Source of the DNA: Raillietiella orientalis
Lineage: Eukaryota
DNA length: 64,000 nt
Assembly (NCBI GenBank): GCA_036172245.1
Contig: JAYWIR010000029.1
Span: forward strand, 434,001-498,000
Direction: 5' to 3'
In this document: positions 42,975 to 55,291 of the stretch, one piece after another
Numbering within the stretch: the first letter of the stretch is position 1
Layout: each line of letters begins with the position of its first letter
Program-made: the position numbers and the translations under genes
The notes under the pieces: model-generated
Seen by the model: the letters and a program-made list of their open reading frames with translations, nothing else
Database searches by the model: none
Told to the model about the DNA's origin: nothing

Positions 42975-44486
42975 TTATGCCTTTACCATGACCACAAAAT
43001 AAGCATCAAGCTGACCAAGAGCAACTGCATAATTGCAATTCAGTTTCCACTTGGCATCTCTGCTAATTATTTTCAAAGTCTCATCAAGAAGGGACTGACT
43101 TAGCAACAACACAGTTATGCCTGCAGGTCTTAGAACACTAAAACTGTCGATCAAAAATGTACTGAACTTTGGCTACATCCTACCGGTGTACTCCAGTCAG
43201 AAGTTGATCAAGCAAATGCACACTATCAGTTGGGTTGCCATACTTTTTGCCAAATGGTAGATCACACAAGCAGCGATCAATGCTGCATTCTGGGAAAGGA
43301 AAAGCTAACACAAAACTCATTTGCTTAGTTGATCTCAGTTTCATTTTTAGTATTTACTTTGTATGTCACCTTGCAATATATCTAAGCCACTCAAATGAGC
43401 ATATGATTTGTTTTCCATTGCAAGCTTCACTTGTTGGTTGTCAATATCCATCCCTATAGCATAAACTTGCTGAAGGGCATGTCAGAGAACAATCTGAGGT
43501 ACCAGTACCCAATTATGCACTGCTTCCAACAAAATGGTTACAGCACCACACATGGGATCCAAGACAATATGACCACACTGCAGATCTGCCAACATGCACA
43601 TAGCATAACAAATAGTTGATCTGTTAAAAATCAGTCACATGAAAAACAAAAACACATGAATACCTAACAGTTTTATGAAGCACATATGTCCGATATGAAA
43701 TGGGCTTTCTTACCAAACAATAACCAAACAAAATGAAATCCCTACTAACTTGTACTGTGACTTCTAAATCAGGATTAAGCAAATCTACAGAAAGATTTAG
43801 CTGCTTTCTCAGCATTTTTCCTATAACCCTAATTAACAATTAAAGAATACATAAATTACCAACCTACTGATACGTTACTTGATGATATAATCTGTTAAAT
43901 CAAAATTAGTAATGCATACTTGCTAAATAACTGAGGAGGAAGTTTTCTAATCATGGAATTACAAACTCTGCAGGAAATTCTGAAGGTTGGATACTTTGTT
44001 TTGAAATTTTAATCTACTGTTACTAATCTCAGAAATTTTTAAGCATTTCACCTCTGAAACATTGCCAGTGGAAGTGGTCTGAGAAAAAAATCTCAACAGC
44101 TGCTTCCAGACACACAACTGGATGTTCCATCTGTCTCCTATTGACTTACATTCTCGATTCAGGGCATTGATAGCTGTAAAGATGGGCATAAAATGAATAC
44201 TTTGCAAATTATGCTTACAATCTGAAGTACTACCAAGAGGATTCATGCCATACATATGTACAAAAACAAACAATCTTTCAATCAACTTAAGATCAAGAAG
44301 TTTTTCAGATGCCACACAGGAAAAAAAGATCTTTCCTTGTAATATATTGTTTGGAAAATTGCAATGTCTCTGTTGGATGGGAACTGGTAAACCATGAGCA
44401 TGTTCTAGTTTGACCTGGATTTCTTTCCATGTTATTAATTCGAGTCCTTTACCGGTTGTACAGTATAACTCATAATTTTCTTGCAT
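42975..44486 (-). CDS. THUMPD2: THUMP-domain methyltransferase THUMPD2; introns 44174-44218, 43994-44051, 43829-43919, 43621-43663, 43470-43508, 43305-43357, 43138-43183, and possibly 44336-44392
   Basis: YCTTGKGLE..GKIFF..LKLIERLF N-terminus; THUMP segment TFRISCRV..VIG..DLLNPDLEV; methyltransferase motifs RSTICYAM, VLDPMCG..TILLEA, AIGMDID, CDLPFGKK, RVLRPAG and ALGQLDAY. The N-terminus fits THUMPD2 better than THUMPD3. The first intron is uncertain. Confidence 0.88.
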
Positions 44487-45399
44487 ACTTTAATCGTTCT
44501 CGCACAAATCCTGTAAAGAACAATAATTTCCAAATTACTTTTTTTGAAGGCAGAAAGCCCTGAACATGGCCGTGAAATCTTTCTCAAAGTTTCAAGCTCA
44601 ATTAAATTGCAAATTTTCTGAACTAAGCATCTCCCCGTGGACACATTGTTTTCGCCTACTCTAAACAGAAAGAAACTGCTTGTTTTTTCTGGCAGAATCA
44701 AGCAGTTTCCGCTGTAGCCCCCATTGTTTTGTGTTTATCTTTAGCACGAAGCCTAGAAAGAAAGCCTTTGCACTTCTCATAAAGCACACAACACCTTGCA
44801 GATCCCTAATTGCAGGCGCAAATCACGGGCTACGTAGTTCGCCATTCCTAACTCCTATTAATTTTCTGCAGGCATTCATAGATAGCAATTCACTGCTGCT
44901 TTTCTAGTACACTTAATGCATTCAAAGCATAAGTACATGATTATTTAATATTGAAGTGTTCATAATATGTGATTTAAAGGATTTAAATCTTGAGTGACAA
45001 TTAATATGAAGTTTCTTTTTGGACGGTTTCTGGCCTGCAACGAGTAGCTTTTCTATCAAGAATTCGTAACATGTTAACTTTCCCTGGAAAAATGCTGAAG
45101 TTTTTAAAAACCCACTTGCAATAGTTAGATGGTAACACAGAAGAGCCATGCTTTTCCATATTGAAATATCAAATTAATAGAAGAATTGGGTTTGGACACC
45201 AAGCACTGGCATGATCATTTTTTTTGTTTTTTTTTTTAGCTCTTTACTCTTTAGAAAAACATCTATCTGTGAAAACATAAATTTCCCATTGAATACCGTT
45301 AAAAACAAGCCGAATTACTTTTTTGATTCATAGCTATTCCAAAGAAATCATTAGAGATTTTCTTATCTAAAGAAACACGTAAAACTTGTTGCAGTTTCA

Positions 45400-45830
45400 A
45401 CAAAATATTGGAACAAAAAAAGCATTTACTGCCTAGAGAGTCACGGAATAAATACTTTAAGATGGATACAAACTGGATTCAAGAAAAACGTATGCTGAAC
45501 AGATGAAGCGCCACGGCAAATCTGGTCATATGATACACCAAATTCATTATCTGCAACAGTTTTGAGCCAGATTGGTAGCAGAACACTAAAAATGTAACCA
45601 ATAGAAGTGTCGTATGCGAAATAGATAATTATTCTTGTTCTTAGAAGTCATAAATTAATCTACCTCTCTGGCGGCATACAATAGTGTGCTTTGATGCATT
45701 TGCGGAAGTTTATTAGATTGTTGACTGAGGCCAAGTGAAGATTCCACTATGACCTTTAAAGAGATTCAAGCATGAAATCTCGCCCTTTCTGACTTGCTTC
45801 AACCGTTGACATAGCAAGCTTGATAGTCAT
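45400..45830 (-). mobile_element. LINE RT remnant
   Basis: VRKGEISCLNLF (GVRQG..LSP.LF-like) is followed by TLLYAA (LLYADD-like). Confidence 0.35.
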
Positions 45831-48800
45831 TTTAAGTTTGATTTTAAATCAAAAGCAGTACTTGGCAAAATTTCTGTTTAAGTAGATTTTCTGCTATCAG
45901 TAATGAAAAATTTCCGATGGATTTATTTAAATGAAATAATTTTGAAGCAGTTGGGAATATTAATGTATTTACAATTGCAGTCATGATTGGGCCAATGGCA
46001 TTGATTTTTTAGAAATCACATGTACTTCAGATCTACACATTCATCTAGCGTATAACAATTAATCATAGTTTTGTACTTGTGAAAAGTCACCTTATCACCT
46101 TACGGGGATATCAAACAGATGTTTTTAAGAAACAGATTTTTTCCCAGGCTTCATAAAATGATGTGTGTTTATTTTTATAAATAAATAAAATCATTGTATG
46201 TAGGACAGCAATAAGGTTTCTCAAACCATTACTATAATTTCATAAGTGATTATTCTAAATTGCATTCCAATTCTAGCTACCTCTAATTCTAATTCTAATT
46301 TTACCTCAAGTACTTGAAGAGCTTTGAGAACTTAAGAATCGCAAAAGTTCACATCAGTTAATTGGAAAAAAGAGAACAAAATATTAATGTATTAAATCAG
46401 TAAGAACCACTTACGAAAACAGATTGATAGAAATATTCAGATGCATATATTCTATGATTCTTAAAACCAAAGACATAGGTTCAGTTGTTAGATCTAAGTA
46501 TACGAAAAATACATTTCGATAAAACACTATTTGCATGTGCACATATACAAACTATTTGTATCTGCAAAAAGCCTTTAATTTACATTTATAGTAATTTGCA
46601 CAACCACATCAAAGGGACACAAAGCATTCAAGCAAAGGTATTATTTAGAACCTATTGATAACATCTTCTGTATAAATCAAGTTATTAAACAATTTTCAGA
46701 AATTTAGCACCCACAGAATCGAAAATATATTGCATTTTTTTCGTAAGATGCTCTATCTTAAGAAGGGGTAGCTAAATAAAATCAAAGACATATGGATGGA
46801 ATTCTTGTATGGTTTTCTTTTTCCTTGTTCATACACTAGAAGAAGTCCTTTTACAATTCTGTTGTAAACATCTAATGATTCAAGAAAGAAATTGCTTAGC
46901 AATCAAAAGGAAAAAACTTTTACGTTTCCAATTCATAATGCGGAAAAATATTTTTTTAAATACTGCGATATTTCATTGTCTGAAGTGTCTGAAGAGATCC
47001 ACGAAAGTCCCTCACGGCTGTATTCGGAGGTTAGTTGATAACTAAGTGCATTAAAGTATATGATGAGATTACAAATTATAGGTAAAATCGATTAGACTGC
47101 AGAAAATGTTATTCATGAAGCACTAGGAACACATTCACTTTGTAACCATCGTGTCAATGAAACATCAATCTTCCTCCCTAGGAAACATCAATATATAACA
47201 GCGAACAAGGAACTGTATTCGCTATTCTCTTTTGATTTACAGACGTATGTATAAGTGTCCATCGTTATATCAATTTCTATATTTTAAGTGCAAAATTGTT
47301 CATCATTATCATGGTAGAAAATTTGTTAGAAAATATGAAAGTTTTAAAGCAATATAATCATAGTAGAATCTTTAAGAAACATAATCTAATGTTTTTTAAT
47401 GTTTAAGAAACAAGAACGAAATAATATTTGCAGTACAGGCAGTTTCAGCATAAATCATATACGAGTTTTGCAACAGCTAAGAGATGACCAAAAAAGATGC
47501 ATTAGATAAGGCAGTTTATAATATCATTGGTTGATTATAGGCTTTGCAATGATGTGACAAAAATAATACTCTCCCTAAACCCTAGATCATCTTTAAACTT
47601 TGCAGTATATATGCAAAGAGGCTTTTTGGCAAGATATTGGTAATTTGAAAACATTTCCATCATCCAAATCAGTTCCTTATAAAACTTATGATCCCCCCCC
47701 CCAAAAAAAAAATTCCATTATAAAAAAAAAAAAAAAGAAGAAACTAATGAAAATGTTGAGCAGCTCGAGATTTTCTCTTTTGAACCCAGCAGACGGTAAA
47801 TCTGCCTTTCGATCTCGAATGGTTCAATTTCTGTCAATCGAAAAATCAAATGAAAAATCAGCTACAAATAAGAACTTTAACGCAATAAACATTTACAAAT
47901 GAAAACGCCGAAAGCAGATACAACTTGTAAATGGAGTTTTAGGCCACGTGGAATGTTCGATTTCGAACATCAGTTATAATATTCACGACATTTACTATTA
48001 GTGAATGCTTGTCCATTTCTAAACGTTCTAAATCTTGTGTGACTCCGACCAAAACTATTAATTGCTACTGTGGTCGGATGCGGAAACATTGTACAATTCC
48101 TCTATACCACCTGAAACTTTTTTTTCTACCAATGAAAGGCATTGCAATTGAGTGAATCCCACTTGGAAAAAGGGCGCGTGTTCAATATAGTGCAGCTAAA
48201 TTATATGGCTCGGCGCGAGCAGGAGGGGAATAAAAATATTCCCGAAATTTTTTATTCAACAATAATGATTATACGAATTAATGTATTAATTTCCATCACG
48301 CATTCCTTATTATGATAGATCAATAATAAGAACAAAAACCAAAGGGACACTGATTGAAATTTGCATAGTTTCGTAGAGACCTTAGATTTTTTTGTGGTAA
48401 ATTTATGCTCTTAATCTTAAGAGTTGAGTATTTAATTGTAGTTCAAAGCAGAATCTTTTGCAATTAGAAACACTCAAAAAACATAATTATCATCTTATAA
48501 TTATGCGATTTTTGTTTATTTATTTATTTATTCCTTTATCCTTGTGTATGAAATGCATAACTTATATACAAATTTACTTAGCAAAAATCAATCATAATTA
48601 ATCATAAACATTCTTTTGTCTGCATTCTGACAAGAAGAATTAATATTCTATTAATCGTGCTTGTATTTCTATAAGCTTTCAAGTAAAAATTCCTGTTATT
48701 GTTTTTACAAACATAATTTTAGCAATAATTTTTTTTTAACTATTTGATATTTGTTGCGACGGCCAGTAACGTGTAAGCTGTTGAAACACGTGGGAACGTA

Positions 48801-48942
48801 AACACTTCAGCTGGTGACTTTCGGTGTTCGTAAGGGGATGGTGTGAATCTGTAAGTGATATTAGGTTATGCTGCACATGTGTACATAATTTTTTTTTGAA
48901 GATTGCTTGGAAATCGCTGTATTACATTTGTAAAATGCTGAG

Positions 48943-49474
48943 ATGAGTAATGGTGTAGAATGGGAGAGACTTTTACGAAGGCGTTTTAACGATGGCTTTG
49001 CTGAAGGAATTGTGAGTGGAAGGGAAGCTACCCAACATGCCGCCTTTAAGCAGGGTTTTAAGAAAGGAATTCATGCAGTGTGTCCGCTGTTTTTTTTGTC
49101 TGGATTACTGCAGTATGCTATGATATTTTACGTTCATTTGAATATCAGTGATTTACAGTGGTGCATATTTATGGGTTCAAGATCGAGATAATCTGAAATC
49201 CTTAATTCCAAAGATCCACATTCTAAGAAGAAAGCTTGATGAAATTAAGAAGAATATTGACTGCCAAGAATTTTCAGCATTTGACAAGTTATCATTGTCA
49301 GATGCAGATATAGGGGATGCAGCCCACAATAGCTTTACTATAGAAAGTTTTAATGAAGAGGTCTCATCGTTATTAAGAGACATTGATGTGAAACTGTGTG
49401 CTTTACCTCATATGGTTCTTCAGATGTCACATCTTTATGCATCAGATCCACCTAAAGAGTACTCATTTAATTGA
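48943..49474 (+). CDS. YAE1: YAE1 homolog (Fe-S maturation adaptor for ABCE1); exons 48943-49112, 49159-49474
   Basis: EWERLLRRRFNDGFAEGIVSGRE..AAFKQGFKKG is the Gly-repeat Yae1 N-terminal motif. A 46-nt GT-AG intron joins the two ORFs in frame. A probable 5'UTR intron lies at 48851-48901. Confidence 0.82.
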
Positions 49475-50599
49475 GTACTTGCAAACTTTCATATAATATT
49501 AATTCATAGTCTCACTGACTATTTAGTATAATTCCCTAATTTATTTTTATAATTAATTAAACATCATTTGACTTAAAAATATCATATGATACCTAGCTGC
49601 TTGTTGAATTTAGATCTAGCAGTTCAGTACCAGGGTTATGATTCAAACCAGCTGATCAATTACAGAAGAAAATTTATTATAGTAGGAACACAGGAAAAGT
49701 TATTATTTCCTACTTGTCAGTACAGGGTATCTCAAAGTAAGTGTTCCTGGAATCGAGAAAAATTCTTTCAAATAGATGTTTTGTTAGCATATTTGTTATT
49801 CATTATGTGACATACATAATTTCGGGTATTATGATGTGTAATGTAATCATTTGTCATAGGTTTTCTAATCTAAAGGATTAAACACTTGTAAACTTTTACA
49901 TTCTATTATGGTTTTTATGATTTGTAGGAGAAAATGAAGTTTTACTTATATACCAACTGCCTTCAATATTTTTTGAGGGAATGTAGAAAATATGACGATA
50001 TTTTTGTGCGTTAGATTCAGTAATGTATGATGCGATAACTGCTGCATTTGTTGTCATAGGTTTTAACAATCTATGTTGTTAAAACACATGTGGAATGCAT
50101 GCTCCTGCGATCAAGTCACTATCTGAACCCTATTCAAAATAGTGCTTACAAGAATGAATACTTTTGTGTGCTTATACCAAGGTTTTTCTAAATAAAATGA
50201 GAATTCGTTAAAAAAATCATTCATTAAAAGTTGGTATTAACCTTATTTATGCTTACAGTTTGTCTCATTTGGCCTTCAAATTTGCATTAGGAAATTACGA
50301 AGATGTGCAAATCATGAATTCATAATTCATGAATTTATCATTGATTTTCACATTGTACTCAGGACCCTCCATTTTCTGAAACATCGAATATTGGAACTAC
50401 CTTATCATGGGATTATTTAATCCAACATTGTTTTGGTAGATACAAATTAACTCATTTTGGAAACTTTGCTACAAAATTTTTGTTTTGATGTGTACATATA
50501 CAAATTTTGTGGACATCTTTGTTCTGATAAATATTAGGTTGTTAAAATTTCAAATCAGATGCATACTAACAAAGGAAGAGGGCGAGAAGTCAATTTTGA

Positions 50600-51470
50600 C
50601 CTGGCAGTATTAAAAATCTTACAATAAACTTAGTGGTTTTCGAAGGTAGTGCAAATGCCTGGGGGTGAAACAGAAGACATATATGCAGCAATGTGTATTT
50701 GAAGTTACATGCTAGAATTTCCATGTTCTGTCTTGTGGTTGCAAAGTTTGTCCTCACAGTTGAGCATTTTGTTTCCTCAGCATGTGAGGAAAAAGAAAAC
50801 GTTAGCAAGAAGTGATATACCAACCCTTCAGTTTTCCACACAAGACATACTGCATGAAAGGGTTTTATGTTTCTCCTGGTGGCAAATATTTTCACTGGTT
50901 TGTGTATATCATTGCTGCATTGATAACAGAGATCCTTAATTGCATTAAATGCACTCAAGTTGCATTTTGGAATTCATCAGAGCCTGTTAGATTGTAGCAG
51001 CAGTTTAGCAGGTTGACAAGTGCAGAGCTGGAAAAGAAGCCTTTTTTAACATTATCTTTGCAAGACAACATGGAAGCAACATACAGACTGTCCAAATTGC
51101 TACAAGAATTCTAAAAACTTATTACACTTGCAATTTTAGCATTGTGAAGATCTGTATTGCAAGCTGAAATCTCTGAAAACATGGGGACTTTTCAAAAACC
51201 CATACTCCTGGAGAAGCCATACTTCATTAGGATCTTTGATATTGTATGATTATCATGATACTTTTGAAGAATAAGCAAGGTATTCTGGCTTATTCTTCAA
51301 AAGTATAGGCAAAGTATTCTTATGTGGCTGTAGCAGGCAACTGGAAGAGCTGCTTCATGGTTCTACATTACATTGCATTTAGAAACTCATCTGTATTCTT
51401 TTTTAGCATTGCATTTACATAAAAGGTGCCTCCTTTGGCAAGCACGCTCACGAATTTAGTGAATAAAAAC
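50600..51470 (+). mobile_element. Possible decayed LINE 3' region
   Basis: CPNCYKNSKNLLHLQF*HC (~51085-51145) resembles the post-RT CCHC finger. AATAAA at ~51462. Confidence 0.3.
51258..51306. repeat. Perfect 19-bp hairpin with 11-nt loop
   Basis: ATACTTTTGAAGAATAAGC pairs with GCTTATTCTTCAAAAGTAT. Confidence 0.9.
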
Positions 51471-51494
51471 ATACTATGTTATTATATTCACAAG

Positions 51495-52276
51495 ACAAGA
51501 TAATGTCTTCGCAGCTCTTTAACACTGTTCCACGCCACCCTAGGGTGCGTGTGCTTCTTCAAGATAGGGGATACCCCGGGAAGGGGCCCACCCATGAATC
51601 CGGGAAGGACTCGGAGTCCGTTCCTCTCATGCCTGGGGAGGGGATCCCCGGAACGGAGATCACCTCTGTCATGGTTGTCTCCGGAGGGAACCCTCCATAT
51701 TCTCTCCGGAGGACCCCTCAGGGGTCCTCCGGAGACAAAAGAAGAAACCCACGTGAGAAAATTTCTCACCTCCGTGAGAAAAACCCACGACGCATTGTGC
51801 CGATCCATTTTTCTTCTCCGAAGGGAACCTGGAAAGGATTCCCTATCAGGAATTTCTTCCCGGAGGAAACCGCTCCTGTTTACTCCTCTGAAGAGAGCCC
51901 CGAAGGGCGCTTCCGAAATTCAGAAGGGTGCTGCTTCCCCGGAGGGAGGGGCACACTACTATGCACTCTGTAGAGGTGAAGATACACCTATTCCATCAGT
52001 ACGACGCGTAGGGTCTGTTCCTCCACAACCGGAGGGCAAAACTTACCACTACTTGAACCCTGGAAGGACCCGAAGGTCGACTACCATTGCTCCGGTCCTG
52101 ATGGGGGCATCCGGTGTGAACCGCTACCAGGGTCGCACTCGAAGGAATGGAGGCCAGCCAGCGTCATCTTGTGAGAAAGACCCACGACGCATTGTGCCGA
52201 TTCATTCATTTCGAAGCATTCGAATCCTCGACGCATGGTGCTATGCGCGGAGACCGTAACCACTCCGCCTCCGACG
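51495..52276 (-). mobile_element. tRNA-headed, dimeric, highly structured element (SINE-like or Pol III ncRNA)
   Basis: Minus strand begins GTCGGAGGCGGAGTGGTTA (A-box-like), has a CGCAT-AGCACC-ATGCG arm and GAGGA-TTCGAAT-GCTTC (T-arm/B-box-like). A 36-nt internal direct repeat matches 34/36. There are many hairpins, and similar AGATAAT(TT)GTCTT words at both flanks. Confidence 0.6.
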
Positions 52277-55200
52277 TTAGCCAGATAGATAATATTTGTC
52301 TGGTTCAGATAATTTGTCTTGGCTTTTAGAATTGGCAGAATAAGAACAAGACATATGTTTTGATCATTGTTCATAAGAAAATATGCATACTTCATTATAA
52401 ATTGCTGATTAGGAGGGTCTGGATTCGAAACTGATGATTGGATAAAAGTGATCTGTTATAGGCGAAGTCCGATGTTACACGATTCGTCTCGGTGAACGAC
52501 TTTAAGTATTAGAAACTCAATTGCCTCAATTTCGTAACCTATGACTCTGCCGAGTACTTTGCTGGTGTTTTTTTTTATTGATATTTCATAATTTACTAAT
52601 GTAACCTGAGTCATTCAAAATTAATTAAAAAGTCTAAAAAGATAAATTTCGATAATTACCATGCGTTTCAGCGTTATATGTTTTACTTAAATTTCCTAAA
52701 TTATGTCGTTCTATGTTGTCAAAAGAAAAACAAGTAGACCAACTTTTCCGCTGAATCTTCATTGCTTACTACTAACTACTGTTCCCACGGCACTATTCCA
52801 CACAACTGCAAGGTGGAGTTCATTTTCGAAATCATTCCTGTATTTGGAAGATTAACTTGTGCCTTGTTGAAGTTCATTTGCGGTTCTTATTCTCTTATGT
52901 TCTCTTATAATTACATCTACAAATTGGTTATCCACCTTCCAAATGTTAAAACTTAGCTTTTATTTACAGATCTTTGTTGCAAAGTGTCTATTCGGTATTA
53001 CTAATTCTTTTAAACTCGTCATTCTACCGACTATCCGAGCAAGAAAATTTTATAACTATATGCAGTTGGTAAAATGTTTTCATATTACCTTTTTTATGGC
53101 ATCTCATTTAAAGGAAATCATGCATCTAAGTTTCCAACAAAAAGGAAAGGAATTCAATTTTTAGAGTTAATCTCTTTTGCAGTGATAAAAATTATGAGAT
53201 TATGAGTTATAGGAATCCTATACCAATGATACAGTGTTGATAACAGTGGAAGTTTGGGGCTAGCTAGAACTGTAATGACCAAGAAAGGCTTTGGTGTGCA
53301 TGAAGATGTAAGCATCACATCAAGGGATATGATATTCCAGTAGTGATTATAAAAAAGATTCAATAAAAAAAGCAGTTAAACCCTTCAAATTCCTGCGTTT
53401 TCTACCCAAGCATAAAATTATTCACCAATGCAAAGTTTTACAGTATGAAGAAATCAGCACATTAGGTGGAAGCACCTTTTTTGCCATTGCAGGCTTCTTT
53501 TGACACAAAGAAATGGTAAGCTTTCTTGAAAAGAGTTTCTAAATGGTTATTCCACGTTGATATGAACATGTCACTTCTGGTATTCCTTTTCTCTTTTAAT
53601 GGCACTTACTGTGTTCTTCGAGTTTTATAAAATTCCTTTTCTAGAAACACTCTCTTTAATAATAGCAGTAATAGCATACTACATTTTGTTTTTCCCTGGA
53701 CAAAACTATGGACTACTTGTTGATCGAGGCATTGCAAAGTAAATATGGAAACAGTGGAAAGCTGAAAATGACTTGATCTTACCTCAGTTTATAGGTTTTC
53801 ATATATGTGTGTCTTGTTACTTAAGTCGTTATTGGAAAAAAATCTATGCTGATGAAATAGTTCTAGTCCAATACAGTTTGACTGAATATAATGAAAATTA
53901 AACAGCATTTCACTTGAAATCTATTTTCCGATGACCGAGTTCCTGATGCAGTTTGTAAGGCACCGAAGAACACGACACGTTTAGGAAACTGAAAATGAAG
54001 GAGAGATTTGGATAAAATTTTTAAATTTACCGTATTAAGTATTAATTAAGATTACTGTATTACAAGATGACTTTCAAACTCTCCACAAAGAATGCTAAGG
54101 GTCAAACAAGAAAGCGGAATAATTTTCACAATTTTTTTTTAAAAAAGCAATCACTTGCAAAAAATCATATTTCCAGGTAACTCTTCGGGTTTTCGTAGTG
54201 CTGCGTTGTTTATTACGATACCAATTCCTAAACTGAATAATAATCAGTGATTGAAACTGGGAAAGAGATTTCAAAATGAAAACCGAGAAGATTGAGGCAA
54301 ATCTTTTAAAGAATAGCGAGTGGAAAAACAGTTATTTATAGATGAAAACGAAGCTTTGCAGATTGAATGTAATTCTTTAGGATTCTTTCTGCGATAGCTG
54401 TCGATGGGTAATTTGTGAGGAAATGGAAACGTTTTTCGATTACAGGGTATTGTGACTTTTAGTAACTGGTCATGTGTTGTGTGCTTCTGGAGTCACGAGG
54501 ATGAAAGTGACGATATCCAGAGACACGGCCTGAATTATCTTGGGAAAAAAAAAAAAAAAAAAAGGGGAATTCAAACCGATCGAGTAAAATGCCCTAATTT
54601 TTCCTATTAAGCATGATTGATATCACTCATGCTGAATCCTTTAAGTGTATTGCTTCTGTAAAGAACGTGCTGCTTACGATTTGATCGTGAGGGTGGACCA
54701 CGGTACGTATTCTGCAGTGACAAACCTGGAGGAGCATATGCTGGAGATCCGTTTGCTCAACGTGCCTGGTTTGTTGGAAATGGGTGAATTCTGTTTGTTG
54801 CATACAAGCAAGGCGGGTAAATTTCACCATTCCAATTTCAATATCTGGTGCGATTTGGAACTTGCCGATGTTTCAGAGGTGTTTTCATAATCATGTTACG
54901 AATTTACAATCAAATCTAGAACCCAAATAATAATTTGTTTCTCATCAAGGTACTGACAACTTTAACAGAAAGAAAATCATGTGTCGCCGAATATCTATGA
55001 AATTGTTTTACTGGAAAAATTTTTTTAGCACATGCTTTGTGGAGTAATAGTGGAGCATAGTAACCACACATCCAATCGTGCATCCGTGTCCCAAATAACG
55101 TTGAGGCTGTGACTGGTTTATTGAATGCATTTTTAATTATTTGTCAATACCGACAACGGACTTTACCATTTGTTTATAATGATAAAAAGAAAACAGTCTT

Positions 55201-55291
55201 GAAATCATTTCAAATCCTTGGTAAGACTATATGTTATAAAAAGTTTGTATAAGTGCAAAGGGATCAAGTGCATTTCGAACCCAGGAAAAAA

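Noticed and set aside
43874..43891. 18-nt in-frame microexon inside the 91-nt THUMPD2 intron
   Set aside because: It would need a 28-nt upstream intron, and the protein aligns well without it.
51511..51590. Twister-like TAACACTG on the plus strand
   Set aside because: P2, P4 and the GAGGG half of loop 1 cannot be formed.
51838..51853. CCTGATAGGG on the minus strand, as in HCV-type IRES domain IIIe
   Set aside because: Only a 10-nt match; no pseudoknot or downstream ORF could be identified.
51476..52259. Plus-strand ORFs of 165 and 236 aa
   Set aside because: Pro/Gly/Arg-rich with no recognisable domain; expected by chance in GC-rich palindromic sequence.
52205..52276. Functional tRNA gene
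   Set aside because: No proper acceptor stem, a 6-nt anticodon loop and a T-stem mismatch; treated as a tRNA-derived head.
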